64,000 nucleotides of DNA from the human T2T-CHM13v2.0 reference genome, Homo sapiens: assembly GCF_009914755.1 (NCBI RefSeq), contig NC_060943.1. One strand, given 5' to 3'. Below, piece by piece: positions 17,329 to 30,797 of this stretch. The position numbers and the translations under genes are program-made. Position 1 is the stretch's first letter; each line of letters starts with the position of its first letter. The notes under the pieces are model-generated. The model saw only the letters and a program-made list of their open reading frames with translations. It was not told the DNA's origin and did no database searches.

Positions 17329-17643
17329 ACAATGAGAACACATGGACACATGAAGGGGAACATCACACACCGGGGCCTGTTATGGGGTGGGAGGAGGGGG
17401 GAGGGATAGCATTAGGAGATATACCTAATGTAAATGACAAGTTGATGGGTGCAGCACACCAACATGGCACATGTATACATATGTAATAAACCTGCATGTT
17501 GTGCACATGTACCCTAAAACTTAAAGTATAATTTAAAAAAAAAAGTTTGCACTGGAAGTTCTAGCCAGGGCAATTAGCCAAGAAAATAAATTTTAAAACA
17601 TAAAGATTGTAAAGGAAGAATTAAAACTATATCCATTTATAGG

Positions 17644-17647
<4 letters not shown>

Positions 17648-17687
<40 letters not shown>

Positions 17688-17814
17688 TGGGAACAACTAA
17701 GGAATATGTATAGGGAATATATTTAGGGAATATTTATATATATATATAAATCATATATATATATGTTATGTATATAACTTGTGTGTATGTGTTTGTGTGT
17801 TCCTTAGGAATTCC

Positions 17815-17848
<34 letters not shown>

Positions 17849-17920
17849 ATATAAACACACACACATATATATACCACTTATATATAAGTTAAAATATATG
17901 TGGAATTTAACAAATATATA

Positions 17921-17951
<31 letters not shown>

Positions 17952-17995
17952 TATATATGGAGTTCCTAAATAATACACACATATATACACACAAA
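17648..17995. repeat. (TG)n plus a (TA)/(CA)/(GATA)/(GACA) microsatellite complex
   Basis: Direct reading. Confidence 0.9.
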
Positions 17996-18039
17996 TAAAA
18001 CTATTAGAGTTAATATATGAATTCAGCAAGTTTGCAGGG

Positions 18040-18408
18040 TGATATGGTTTGGCTTTGTGTCCCCACCCAAATCTCATCTCGAATTGTAATCCCCATGTGT
18101 CATGGAAGGGACCTGATGGGAGGTGACTGGATCATGGTGCGGTTTCCCACATGCTGTTCTTTTGATAGTGAGTGAGTTCTCATGAGATCTGATGGGTTTA
18201 AAGTGTTTGGCAGCTCCCCCCACCCCCTCTCTCTCCTACAGCTTTGTGAAGAAGATTCTTGCTTCTCCTTCACCTTACGCCATGATTTTAAGTTTCTTGA
18301 GGACCCCCCCAAGCCATGCAGAACTGTGAGTTAATTAATCCTCTTCTCTTTATAAATTACCCAGTCTCAGGTAGTTTTTTTATAGCAGTGTGAAAAAGGA
18401 CTAATACA
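18040..18408 (+). mobile_element. THE1D (MaLR) solo LTR
   Basis: TGATATGGTTTGGC...GGACTAATACA termini; flanks CAGGG / TGGGG. Confidence 0.9.
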
Positions 18409-21400
18409 TGGGGTATGAGATCAATATACAAAAATCAGTTGTATTTCTATGTGCTATCAATAAACAATTGATAAGTGAAATTAAGAAAACAATGCAATTT
18501 ATCTCAGCATCAGAAAGAAAAAAATGCTTAGGAACAAATTTAACAGAAGACGTATAAGACTTATACACTGATAACTACAAAACATTGTTGAAAGATTTAA
18601 ATATCTAAAAAATTGAAAGACATCCTGTGTTCATAGATTATGAGACCTTGTATTGTTAAGACACCAAGCTGATCTGCAAATTCAATGTAATCTGTATGAA
18701 AATTACAACTGCTTTTTTAAGAAGTTGAATCCTAAAATTTATATAAAAAGGCAAGGGATTCAAAATAGTCAAACAATCTTGAAAAGAAAAACAAAGTTGG
18801 AGCACTCACAATTCCCATTTTCAAAGCTTAACACAAAGCTAGATTAATCAAGACAGCATGGTTTGACATATAGATCAAATGAATAGAATTGAGAGTCCAG
18901 AAATAAACCCATACATTTATGGTCAATTGATTTTTAACAAGGATGCCAAGACAATTTAAAGAATTGTCAAAGAATAGTCTTTTTAACAAATGGTGTTTGG
19001 ACAACTAGATATCAAAATGAAAAGAATGAGTTTAGACCCCTACAGCATGCCATATAAAAATGAACTCAAATTTACATGTAAGAAGTAAAACTATGAAATT
19101 CTTAGGAGGAAACATAGTTGCAAACTTTTTACCTTTGATTTGGCAATGGTTTCTTAGATATGACACCTAAATTAAAGCACAAGCAAGCAAAGAAAAAAAA
19201 ATAGATTAGACTTCATCAAAATTTTTTTAAATGGTGTGTCAAAGGATGACTCTACCAAGAATATAAAAAAGACAACTCATCAAATGGGAGAAAATATTAA
19301 GCAAATGATATATATTCCCCTCTCCCAAGTGGGCACAATATCAGAAGACAAAAATCCCCCTGTGCCCATGGTGTCTACATGAGGAAAAAAGAACTAGAGG
19401 AGGTCATTCAGCTTCCCTGGCACTTGAATCCTTTCTAGGAAGACCACTGTGGTCTTACCTCACTGGAGGTAACAGCATGGCTAGACACCCAAGAGTCAGG
19501 TAAAAACAAAGAAAGGAAACAGAGTTCATAGTGACCAGTGTGTAGATATTCGTCATAACTCTGTGTTTCTCCTAGCTTTGGTGCCCCATTGAAGATACCA
19601 GCCAACTGCATAGCCCACTCACAAAGCTGAACTGGTCACTTTCAGAAGCATGGTGGAAAGTTTAACTTGGCCTGAGTCCCTAGATGGGTAGACTTTACAC
19701 CCAGATTCAATGCCAACCCCAATACTCCCACCCACGCCAGGAGATGCCTACCTTTCCCCATTTTAGAGAAGCAAAGGAACTAGATCTGTTTGGCCTGAGA
19801 GTCCAAGAGTGGCTCAGTTTAACCAAAAGCCCATGTCACCCAGGCAGTGAGACGTTCACCTTTGCCCATTTTGGAGAAGCGTAGGGACTAGACCTGCTCA
19901 ACCCAGGAGATCAAACAGCAGCTCAACTCAATCAAAATCTTGCCCCTTTGCTTTGCCCAAATAGGTAGGCAATCTTCAACTGTGCATTTCTAAAGAGCAT
20001 AGTCTCTGATCCCACCCGTCTTGAGCAGCACCCTCACCTAACCTCAGAGCCCAGCTTGCAGACTTGTCCAGCCACAAATTCCAAATAACAGAACCATCCA
20101 ACAAAGGAATATATCCTGCAACCAGCCTGACAAGAGGCTATTACAGTACCCAGCTAACAGTTTCAACTAATAGCAAAGCCCAGCAACTAATCTCTCCAGA
20201 TAGGGGAACCCAGATAGAAGCCCCACCAAACATCAGAGCAAAGTTTCCCAGCCAACTAGTGAACCCACAACAAGCTCTGCCTACCAGGGGTTGTCACTAG
20301 CTGCTCCTTCCAGAATTATAGTCTATACTAAATATTGAAGATCTAGCCCCACCATAGAACACATAAGGATTATGGAAAATCAAGGAAGTTTTGATTGACA
20401 CCTTCAGAAAGTACTAATAAAGATACAATAATGAATCCTAAAGAAATTGAGATCTATAAAATGACTGGCAAAGAATTTAGAATAATTATCTTACAGAAGT
20501 TCAATGAATAACAAAAATGTATGGGTAAAAAAGTTAAGCAAAATTTAGAAAATACACAAAGCCAGAATTTTCACAAATAAATAAAAACAGTTTAAAAAAT
20601 AGACATTCTAGGGATGAAGAATAAAATGCCTGGACTGAAAATTTCAATAGAAAACTTCAAAGCAAATGAAATCAACCAGAAGAAAGAGTCATTAAGCTCA
20701 GAGACAAAACATTTGAAATTATCCAGTCAGAAGATCAAAAAGAATAAAGAATAAAAAAGAATAAAGAAAGCCTACAGGAATCATGGAATACCATCAAGAG
20801 ACCAAATCTTTATATAGTAGGATTTTCAGAGGAGAAAAAAAAATAGAAAAAGGGACAGAAATCATATTTTTAAAAAACAATGGCCACATACCTTTTTAAT
20901 CTGGGCATAGATCCCAACATTCTAGTACAAGAAGGTGTAGAGGTCTCCAATCAAATTTAACCCAAAAAGGAGTTCACCAAGACATATAATCAATCTATCA
21001 AAAATCAAAGACTAAAAGTTTTGAGATCAGCAAAAGATAAGAATCAGGTTGCTTATGAAGGAGTGTCAGCATAACTCTTTGCAAATATCTTAGCAGAAAC
21101 CCTGCAGGTCAGGAAAAAGTGGAATAATATATTCAAAATGATGAAGGAAAATACCTGATAACCACAAATACTTTACCTAGCAAAGTTGTCTTTCAAAAAT
21201 GAGGGAGAAATAAAAACTTCCCCAAATGAACTAAAGCTAAGGGAGTTTATAACCACTAAACCTTCCTTAACAGGAATTGCTAAAGGGAGTTCTTTAAGCT
21301 GAAACAAATGACCACTAATTAATAACATGCAAAAGCACAAAATTCAATGGTATTAAAAAATAGAGGCATATTCAGAATATTCAAGAACTATAATTATGGT

Positions 21401-23965
21401 GTGTAAAGCAATCTTATTCTTAGTACAAGGGTTAGAAGACAAAACTGTTAATAACTAGTATAGCTGAAATGAGTAGACAAGGGATACACATTACAAAATG
21501 ATGTAATTTCTAACATTGGAAACAAAATGGGTGGGAGAAATAAAAATGTAGAGTTGTTTTATGTAATCAAAGTTAAGTTGTTATCTGCTTGAAATAGGCT
21601 GCTTTAAGTATAAGATGTTCTATGTAAGCCATATGGTAACCACAAAACAAAAAATATTTAGTAGAAACACAAAACAAAAATTGAAAGACTTAACAGTATA
21701 CCACTACAGAAAACTATCAAGCCACAAAGAAAAATAGCAAGAGAGGAAGAAATAAAATATCATAAAACAACCAGAAAACAGTTAACAAAATAGTAGTAAG
21801 TCCTTATCTATTAATAATTACCTTGAATGTAAATGGACTAAGTTATCCAATGAAAAGACGGAGTGACTGAATGGATTTTTTAAAAGACAAGACACAACTA
21901 TACGCTGCCTAAAGGAACTCATCTCACATAGACTGAAAATGAAGGGATAAAAAATGATTTTATGCAAATGGAACCAAAAGAGAGCAGGGATAGCTACACT
22001 TACATCTGACAAAATAGACTTTAAGTCAAAAACTGTAAAAATAGACAAAAAACATTATATAATGATAAATGAGTCAATTCACCAAAAGGGTACAAAAATG
22101 TAAACACATATGCACCCAATATTAGGACACCAAATATATAAAACAAATATTAAAGGATCTGAAAGAAAAGATAGAGGGCAATACAATAATGGAGATTTCA
22201 ATATCCACTTTCAACAATGAACAGATCATCCAGACAGAAAATTAAAAAGAAAACATTGGACTTGAACAGCACTTTTGACCCATGGACCTAAAAGGCATAC
22301 ACAGAACATTGCATTCAATAGCAAAAGAACACACATTTTTCTCAAGCCATACATGGAATATTCTCCAGGATAGATCACATGTTAGATCAAAAAAACAGCC
22401 CTTAGCATATTTAAGAAGATGAAATCATGTGAAGTACTTTATGACCACAATAATATAAAACTAGATAACAAAAACAGAAGGAATTTTGGAAAATTTGCAA
22501 ATACATAAAAAATAAACAACATGTTCCTGAATAATCAACTGGTCAGTGAAAAAAATTAAAAGAGAAATTTAAAAATACCTTGAAACAAATGAACATAGAT
22601 ACACAACATACCAAAACTTATGGGATACAGCAAAAGCAGTTATGAAAGAAACAGCAAAAAATGCCTATATCAAAAAAAGAAGAAAGATTTTAAATAAACA
22701 ACTTGATATTACTCTCCAAGTTACTAGAGAAAAACTAATCCCAAAATTAGAAAAAAGAAGGAAATAATAAAATAATAAAAATCTGAGCAGAAATAAATGA
22801 CACAGAGACAGAAAAAAATACAATCAAAAAAGAAAGAACTTTTTTTTGAAAAATTAACAAAATCAACAAACCTCTAGCTTAACTAAGAAAAAAAGGGAGA
22901 AGACTCAAATAAATAAAACCAGAAATGAAAGAAAAGACATTATATCTGATACCACAGAAATGCAAAGAATCATAAGAAACTACTATGAACAACTATATGC
23001 CAACAAATTGGATAACCTAGAAAAAAAAAGATACATTTCTAGACACATGTAACCTACAAAGACTGAATCATGAAGGAATAAAAAATCTCAACAGACCAAT
23101 AATAAGTAAGGAGATTAAATCAGTAATAAAGAGTCTCCCATTTGAGAAAAAGCCCAGGGCCTTATGACTTCATGGATGAATTCTACCAAATATTTTAAAA
23201 AAAAGAGCTAACATCAATCTTTTTCAAATGCTACCCCCCAAAGAAATGGAGAAGAGGGAATATTTCTCAACTCTTTTTTATAAGGCCAGCATAACCCTGA
23301 CACTAAATCCAGACGAGGACATTACAAGGAAAGTACAGGCCAATATTCTTGATGAACATAGATGCAAAAATCATCAACAAAATACTAGCAAATCAAATTC
23401 AACAGCACATTAAAATGGTCACTCACCATGATCAAGTGGGATTTATCCCTTGGTTACAAAGATGGTTCAATACATGCAAACCTATAAATGTAATACACCA
23501 TATTAACAGAATGAAGGACAAAAACCATATGATCATCTCAATAGATGCATAAAAAGAATTTGACAAAATTCAGCATTCTTTCATGATTAAAAACTGTCAA
23601 GAAATTACGTATAGAGGTAATGTGCCTCAGCACAATAAAGGCTATATATGACAAGCCCACAGCTAACATTATACTCAATGTTAAAAAGTTGAAAACATTT
23701 CCTCTAAGATCTGGAACAAGAGAATTATGCCCACTTTTACTACTTCAACTCGACTGAGTATTAGAAGTTCCCATCAGAACAATTGAGCAAGAGAAAGACG
23801 TAAAAGGCATTCAAATAGGAAAGGACAGAGTAAAATTGTCACTATTTGCTGGTGACATTATCTTATATATAGAAAACCCTAAAGACCCCACCAAAAACCT
23901 TTTAGAACTAATAAGCAAATACAGTAAACTTACAGGATACAAATTCAACATTAAAAAATCAATAG

Positions 23966-24259
<294 letters not shown>

Positions 24260-24274
24260 TATTAATAGCATTTC

Positions 24275-24548
24275 AGCCAGGTGGGGTGGCTCACACCTGT
24301 AATCCCAGGACTTTGGGAGGCAGATTGCTTGAGATCAGGAGTTTGAGACCAGCCTGGGCAACATAGTGAGACCCCCATCTCTACTAAAAATACAAAAATT
24401 AGCCGGGTGTGGTAGTGTTTGCCTGAAGTCCCAGCTACTCAGGAGGCTGAGGCACAAGCATCACTTGAACCTGACAGGTGGAGGTTGCAGTGAGCTGAGA
24501 TTGCACCACTGCACTCCAGCCTGGGCAAGAGAGTGAACTCGGTCTCAA

Positions 24549-24581
<33 letters not shown>

Positions 24582-24620
24582 GAAAAAAAAGAAAAGGAAA
24601 AAAAAAGAAAGAAAAGAATA
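24275..24620 (+). mobile_element. Alu (AluJ-like) with A/AAAG tail
   Basis: Dimeric Alu with a short left-arm deletion; TSD ending TAGCATTTC. Confidence 0.93.
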
Positions 24621-24689
24621 AGAAATCAGTAGCATTTCTATACACTAAAAATGAACTATCCAAAAAAAGAGAAATCCCATTTACAATAA

Positions 24690-24691
<2 letters not shown>

Positions 24692-24723
<32 letters not shown>
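24692..24723. repeat. (CA)n microsatellite
   Basis: Direct reading. Confidence 0.95.
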
Positions 24724-24725
<2 letters not shown>

Positions 24726-25615
24726 AATACTTAGAAATAATGTTAACTAAATAGGTCAAAGACCTTTACACTGAGAACAAAACATTTATAAAACAAATTA
24801 AATAATATACAAATAAATAGAAAGCTATTCAGTGTTCATAGCTTGAAAGAATTAATACCATAAAAATGTCTATTATACCAAAAGTGATCTACAAATTCAT
24901 GCAATCCTATCAAAATTCCAATGTCATTTTTCACAGAATAGAAAAAAAATCCTAAAATTTTGTATGAAACAACAGAAAAACCCAAATAGCCAAAGCAATC
25001 ATCAGCAAATAGAACAAAGCTAGAGGCATTACACTACGTGATTTTAAATTATACTACAAAGCTATAGTAACTAAAACAGCAGGGTACTGGCATAAAAATA
25101 AAGACATTGACCAATGGAACAAAATAGCCCAGAAATAAATCCATACATGTACAGTTAATTAATTTTTGGCAAAAGTGCCAAGAATACACCATGGGAAAAA
25201 GATAGTCTCTTCAGAAAATAGTGCTAAGAAAAGTGTAAGTCTACATGCAAAAGAATTAAATTGGACTCTTTTCTGACACCATATATGCAAATCAACTAAA
25301 AATGGTCTGAACACTTAAATGTACACTGAAAACTGTAAAACTGTAAAAAGAAAATACAGGGGAAAAACTGCATAACATTAGTCTTGGTGACGATTTTTTA
25401 GATTTGGCCCAAAAAGCAAAAATAGACAAATAAGATTACAACAAACTTAAAAATTTCTGCATAGTGAAGGAAACAATTAACGATGTGAAGAGACAGTCTG
25501 CAAATTGGGAGAAAATATTTGCAATCCATACACTCAATAAGGAGCTAATATTCAAAGTGTGTAAGGAATTCAAGCAACTCAGTAACAAGAAAACAAATAA
25601 TTCAATTTAAAAATG

Positions 25616-25950
25616 AGCTGGGTGCGGTGGCTCACGCCTGTAATCCCAGCACTTTGGGAGAACAAGGTGGGCAGATCATGATGTCAAGAGATTGAGACCA
25701 TCCTGGCCAACATGGTGAAACCTCGTCCCTACTAAAAATACAAAAATTATCTGGGCATGGTGGCACGCGCCTATAAAAATTAGCTAAGCATGGTGGCGCG
25801 CACCTATAGTCCCAGCTACTCAGGGGGCTGAGGCAGAAGAATCACTTGAACCAGGGAGGCGGAGGTTACAGTAAGCCCAGATCACACCACTGCCCTCCAG
25901 CCTGGCAACAGAGCTAGCGAGACTCCGTCTCAAAAAAAAAAAAAAAAAAA
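25616..25950 (+). mobile_element. AluSc-like element with an internal 33-bp duplication
   Basis: GTCAAGAGATTGAGACCATCCTGGCC diagnostic; TSD AAAAATGAG. Confidence 0.93.
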
Positions 25951-26969
25951 TGAGCAAGGGGACTAAACACACATTTCTCAAAAGATATACAAACGGTCAA
26001 AAGGTATTTGAAAAAATATTCAACTTAAGTAATCATCAGGAAAATGCAATTTAAAACTACAATGAGCTATCATCTCACACCAGTCAGAATGGCTATTGTC
26101 AAAAAGACAAGCAATAAGAAGTGTTGGTGAAGATGTAGAGAAAAGTAAACCCTTGTACACTGTTGGTGGGAATGTAAATTAGCATAGTCTTTATGGAAAA
26201 CTGTATGATGTTCCTTTAAAAATTACTAATAAAGCTGCCATATGATCCAGCAATCCCACTTATGGGTATTTACCCAAAAGATTTGAAATCAGTTTATTGA
26301 AGAGACATCTGCACTCTCATTGTTATTGCAGCACTATTCACAATAGCCAAGATATGGAATCATCCCAAGTGTCCATCAATGGATGAATGTGTAAAGAAAA
26401 TGTGGTGCACTTATACAATGAAATATTATTCATCCATAAAAAAGAATAAAATTCTATCATTTGCAGCAACATTGCAGGACCTGGAGGGTATATGCTAAGT
26501 GAAAGAAGCCAGACATGGAAAAACAAATACTACCTGATCTCACTTACATGTGGAATCTAAAATGTTAAAGAAGCAGAGAATGGAATGGTGGTTACCAGGG
26601 CCTGGGGTAGGAGTAGGGGAATGGAAAGACTTTGGTCATAGGATACAAAATTCCAAGTAGACAGGAGGAATACATTCAGGAGATCTATTGTACAGCAAGG
26701 TAATTATAGTTATATAATTATGGAGTATAATTATATACTCCATAATTGCTAAGCGAATAAGTTGATTTTAAATTTTCTCACCACAAAAAAATAAGTATGG
26801 GAAGTAATGAACATGTTAATTAGCTTGATTTAGTCATTCCATAATGGATACATATCTCTAAACATCAATTGAAAAATAAACACGTAAATAGTAAAATAGA
26901 AATAAGTTAATCCACACATGCACACCACATTTCACCTGGCAGTTCTACTTAATCTATTATATAACGTGC

Positions 26970-27150
26970 ATCATCTAATATCTTAAACAATGTGCCACAT
27001 CTAATATGTTATACAATGTGCTTCTTTATCTCACTGTGCTTTTCCCACTAAAATGTAAGCTTGACAAAGGCAAGGATTTTTACCTTTTTTTCCCTGTTGT
27101 GTCTCTGGCCACTCTTACAGTTGGGCACTAAATAAATATTGAATGAATAA
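26970..27150 (+). mobile_element. L2 3' end
   Basis: CCCACTAAAATGTAAGCTTGACAAAGGCAAGGA..TAAATAAATATTGAATGAATAA. Confidence 0.75.
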
Positions 27151-27156
27151 GTGGAT

Positions 27157-27270
27157 GGAGAGAGGGAAGGAAGAGAGGAAGGAGGGAGGAAAAGAAGGGA
27201 GGGAGGACGAGAGAAAGAAAGGAGAAGGAAGAAAGATAAAGAAAGGAGGGATAGAGGAAAGGAGATGAGA
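27157..27270. repeat. GA-rich low-complexity tract
   Basis: Direct reading. Confidence 0.85.
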
Positions 27271-28022
27271 GTGTTATGTGCTCCTGAGTATGAGGATGAC
27301 GATACGACATCTCGTGTTTGGGTACTGAGTTGGATTTTAAAATCGCATGGTGCAGTAGCACATAGCAAACATTCAAAGACTGTGTGCTGCCTTAATGAAC
27401 AAGCTTCCTTAACTTGCGTCTTCCACTTCCCTTAATTACTGCAACCTCCTCTTTTTCCTCCAACCAGAGAAGGTCTGTAATGGAATTCTTGTGCCTTCAG
27501 GGGGCCACAGGACAAAATCTGCAGCTGGAGGATCACTTCCTATCTCTACTTCCTCCTGGCAGAAGGCAGAGCAAGCCCCCTGAGCATTCCAAGCCCCTGC
27601 TCCGATGTACCTTGTCAGGGTTAAAAGCACAGCAGGTTGGTGTGTGCGGAGACCGGTAAATAAGAAACAATGGCTTTGGTGTTTGGAATGTAGAAAAGCT
27701 GCTCAAATCGCTCAGGTGGGTGCTCTATGAAAGTAAACTTCCATTGGTTCCAGTTTTATTTCATCTTGCCTGTAAGTGCGAAGATTGTTTACAGAGGCAT
27801 GCCCACCGTCCTAGGCCCATAGTAGGACCAAAATGTTGATGCTGAACATTTTTGTTTTCTATGTTTGCTTTAACTGGGGAGTCACAAGTTCAAACAGCCA
27901 CAGGAACCAATCCTGGGGTGAAGAGTAGGCTGTGTTGGGGACTGTGGTAAACTAGACGGCTCATGCTGACACCCAGTTCCACTGAGGGTGGCCACGGATG
28001 TAGGGTTGCCAGAGTTGTCACA

Positions 28023-28536
28023 TCTCCATCTCTCTCTCTCTCTCTTTCTCTCTCTCTCATTCTCTCTTTCTCTCTCATTCTCATTCTTCCTCTATCATTC
28101 TCTCTCATTCTCTGTCTCATTCTCTTTCTCTCATTCTCTCTCTCATTCTCTGTCTCATTCTCTTTCTCTCATTCTCTCTCTCATTCTCTGTCTTTCTCAT
28201 TCTTTCTTTCTCATTCTCTCTCAGTCTCTGTCTCATTCTTTTCTCCCATTCTTTCTCTCTCCCATTCTCTCCTTCTCTCTCTCATTCTCATTTTCTCCTT
28301 TTCTCTCTCTCATTCTCTCTCTCTCGCATTCACTCTTTCTCTCAGTCTCAGTCTCATTCTCACTCTCATTCTCCCTTTCTCTCCCTCATTCTCTCTTTTT
28401 TCTCATTCTCTCTCATTCTCTCTCACTGTCATTCTCTCTTTATCATTCTTTCATTCACTCTCCTCTCTCATTCTCTCTCTCAGTCTCTGTCTCATTCTCT
28501 CTCATTCTCTCTTCCTCTCTCTCATTCTTTCTCCCC
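28023..28536. repeat. ~510-bp CT-rich tract built from CTCATT(CT)n units
   Basis: Direct reading. Confidence 0.95.
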
Positions 28537-28629
28537 AAGATAAGCTGAATGTCTGAATTTTCTGTGAAATGTAATTTTTAAATGCTAGAAAATGACCTGA
28601 TTTGCTTTGAAACACCTATATTTAGATTC

Positions 28630-29000
28630 TGTATTGTTCATTTATTTATGTATACAGTACAGAGTTGTGCAAGCATCACCAGAATCTAATTTTGAGTACA
28701 TTTATATCATTTCAGTAAGAAATAGTGTGCCCCTTAGTGGTCACCCCTTCATTTTTCTCCTGTCCCCCACCAAGCCTAGACAATATTTTCTGTCTGTATA
28801 GATTTGCCTATTCTGGACGTTTCATATAAATGAAATAATACCAAACATGGTCTTTTGTGACTGGCTTCTTTCACTTGGTGTAGTGTTTCGGGAGTTATCT
28901 TTGTTTTGGCCTATATCAGAACTCTATTTCTTTTTGTTGGTGGTGGTAAATAATATTCTATTGTATGGCTACATGACATTCTGTCTGTTTATTCATTAGC
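28630..29000 (-). mobile_element. L1MB-type 3' fragment
   Basis: GATTTGCCTATTCTGGACGTTTCATATAAATG..GTGACTGGCTTCTTTCAC is an antisense L1M 3' end. Confidence 0.85.
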
Positions 29001-29049
29001 CATCAAACAAGCATATCACAGGCTGGTCCCAGCCCTGGGGGACCCATTT

Positions 29050-29550
29050 TTCACCATGCAACAGCCTCCTGGCTGGTGTCCCCATCTCCTGTTCAATCCC
29101 CCTGCCCTCTGCTGACACAGGGTGTGCATGCAACCAGCCAGACAGCCCAGGGTAGAAATATTGGGACAATTTTTCTAAACCAAGGCTTTGAGCATGTCAC
29201 TCTCCTCCATCCCCACCTTTATGCTGAAATCACCCTCCTCTCTTGGCTTCAGAGTGGAGCTCCAGCCCCTTAGTCCAAAACAAAAACTTTTGCAAGAGCT
29301 GGCCCCACCACCCTCCACACCCTTCCCTGCTCACAAACCCTGTGCTCCAACACACCATGTCACCCTCTCCTCTCAAAGCCTGAGCATGTCCAGTCCTCTG
29401 TCCCCTTGCTCATGCTGTGCCACTGGTGTGTAATTCACCAATTGTGGGTCATTCTCCTCCACTGAGTGGGGAACTGTTCTGGAAGGAGAAGGGGTATTCT
29501 CTGTCCTCAGGACTTGGGACAAAGCAGGTACATAATGAATGTCTGACGGT
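29050..29550 (+). mobile_element. L2 fragments
   Basis: CAGCCTCCTGGCTGGTGTCCC..CATGTCACTCTCCT; degraded. Confidence 0.5.
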
Positions 29551-29789
29551 GGAATAGACACAGGCCATTCCTCCATCTAAAATGCCCTTCCCTACATTGT
29601 CCATCTCACATTTGACAGCAGCTCTCCTTGCTCACCCACACCTGATCCAAGCACTGATTATCTAGTTCGTCTCTGTGCTCATGCAGCACCTAGCTCTGTG
29701 TGTGCGTGCATGTACGTATGTGTGTGCGAGCGTTTGCGTGACTTCATCAGATTTCAGTCCTTGGGGACAAGCTTTTCCCCATATTGTTA

Positions 29790-30170
29790 AAAATTCAGTC
29801 TGTGCAATAATTTGTTGAGGCCTAATTTGCATGCACTGAGATGCAACCATTTAAGTGTATAGTTTGATGTGTTTCAAGAAATGTTCACCTGTGGATTATA
29901 CTCATGTAGCCACAGCTGCCATCAAAATATAGAACATCCCCATCACCCCAGAAAGCTCTTCTGTGCCCCTTCCAGGTCAATGCCCTCACGCCCCATCCAA
30001 GGCAACCACTGATCTCTCCTGACACCACAGCTCAGCGTTTGCGGCTGTGGGGCTTCATAGGCACGGACTGAGGCAGCAGACAATCTTGCGTGTCTGTCTT
30101 CATTTGCGCGGCGCAGCATCTGTGAGATTCAGCCATGCAGTCGGGTCTGTCGTGAATTCACTCTTTTTGC
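29790..30170 (-). mobile_element. L1ME/L1MC-type 3' fragment
   Basis: CATTTAAGTGTATAGTTTGATG..ATCAAAATATAGAACATCCCCATCACCCCAGAAAG..GGCAACCACTGATCT. Confidence 0.8.
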
Positions 30171-30762
30171 CCCATTCCCAGCACAGTGCCTGAGTGTCAA
30201 ATTGAATAGACTTCAATTGCTGTGAGGTGATTAATAGCAAATTGTGTGTTATTCATGAATAAAGAAAAAAGATGCAACGTGTTCTGGGAGGTGGAAAAGA
30301 GAAAGAAACCCACCCCGACCCCGCCTTTCTGTTCTCACCTAACGAAGTCTGGAGTTCAGCAAGAAAAGGTGTGAGGGGGTTTTTCAGGAAACAGATAGGC
30401 CACCAGGGTCCAAATCAGAGGTAGAGTGGCACATCCAGCCCAAATGGAAACAAACGATGCAAGCCTATGGCTTAAATCAGAAATTAATCTCTACTGGTAG
30501 TTTCCATGAACTCTTCTCCAGGTAAACATCACATGTAAAAGTAAGTTCCTGTCATTATAGAATAATTAGATTATAAGAACTAAATTTATAGTGTATACTA
30601 CGCATTACTGCAGAATTGTAGAAATTATGCAACCCAGTCCTTAACAGAATTAAATGGGAATCTATATTTTTTCTCAGTAAGTCTTTATTGAATGAATGGA
30701 GTCATATTCTGTTTGTGTTTTTCTGTGCTTTTGCAATTTCTCAAATTAAAGATAAATAAACG

Positions 30763-30797
30763 GTCTCTTCTTGGCCTCGTGGCTAAGATCAAGTGTA
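30763..30797 (+). pseudogene. 3'-truncated U2 snRNA retropseudogene (about nt 1-34 of U2)
   Basis: GTCTCTTCTTGGCCTCGTGGCTAAGATCAAGTGTA vs U2 ATCGCTTCTCGGCCTTTTGGCTAAGATCAAGTGTA; TSD AAAGATAAATAAACGG / AAAGACAAGTAAATGG. Confidence 0.9.

Larger units (their letters stand above)
17544..19312 (+). mobile_element. Old L1M host, part 3 (ORF2), interrupted by microsatellites and THE1D
   Basis: CTGGAAGTTCTAGCCAGGGCAATTAG continues ORF2 after the L1PA and resumes after the THE1D (GATCAATATACAAAAATCAG). Confidence 0.8.

Noticed and set aside
17385-17405. G-quadruplex motif
   Set aside because: Standard L1PA 3'UTR G-tract, not specific to this locus.
26972-27021. 24-bp imperfect direct repeat, and similar short duplications at ~51652 and ~54225
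   Set aside because: Two-copy slippage duplications with no evidence of function.
27963-28556. 197-aa and 186-aa Ser/Leu-rich ORFs
   Set aside because: Translations of a stop-poor CT repeat.
30763-30797. Functional U2 snRNA gene
   Set aside because: Only ~35 nt with mismatches; it has no Sm site or 3' domain and is flanked by a TSD.
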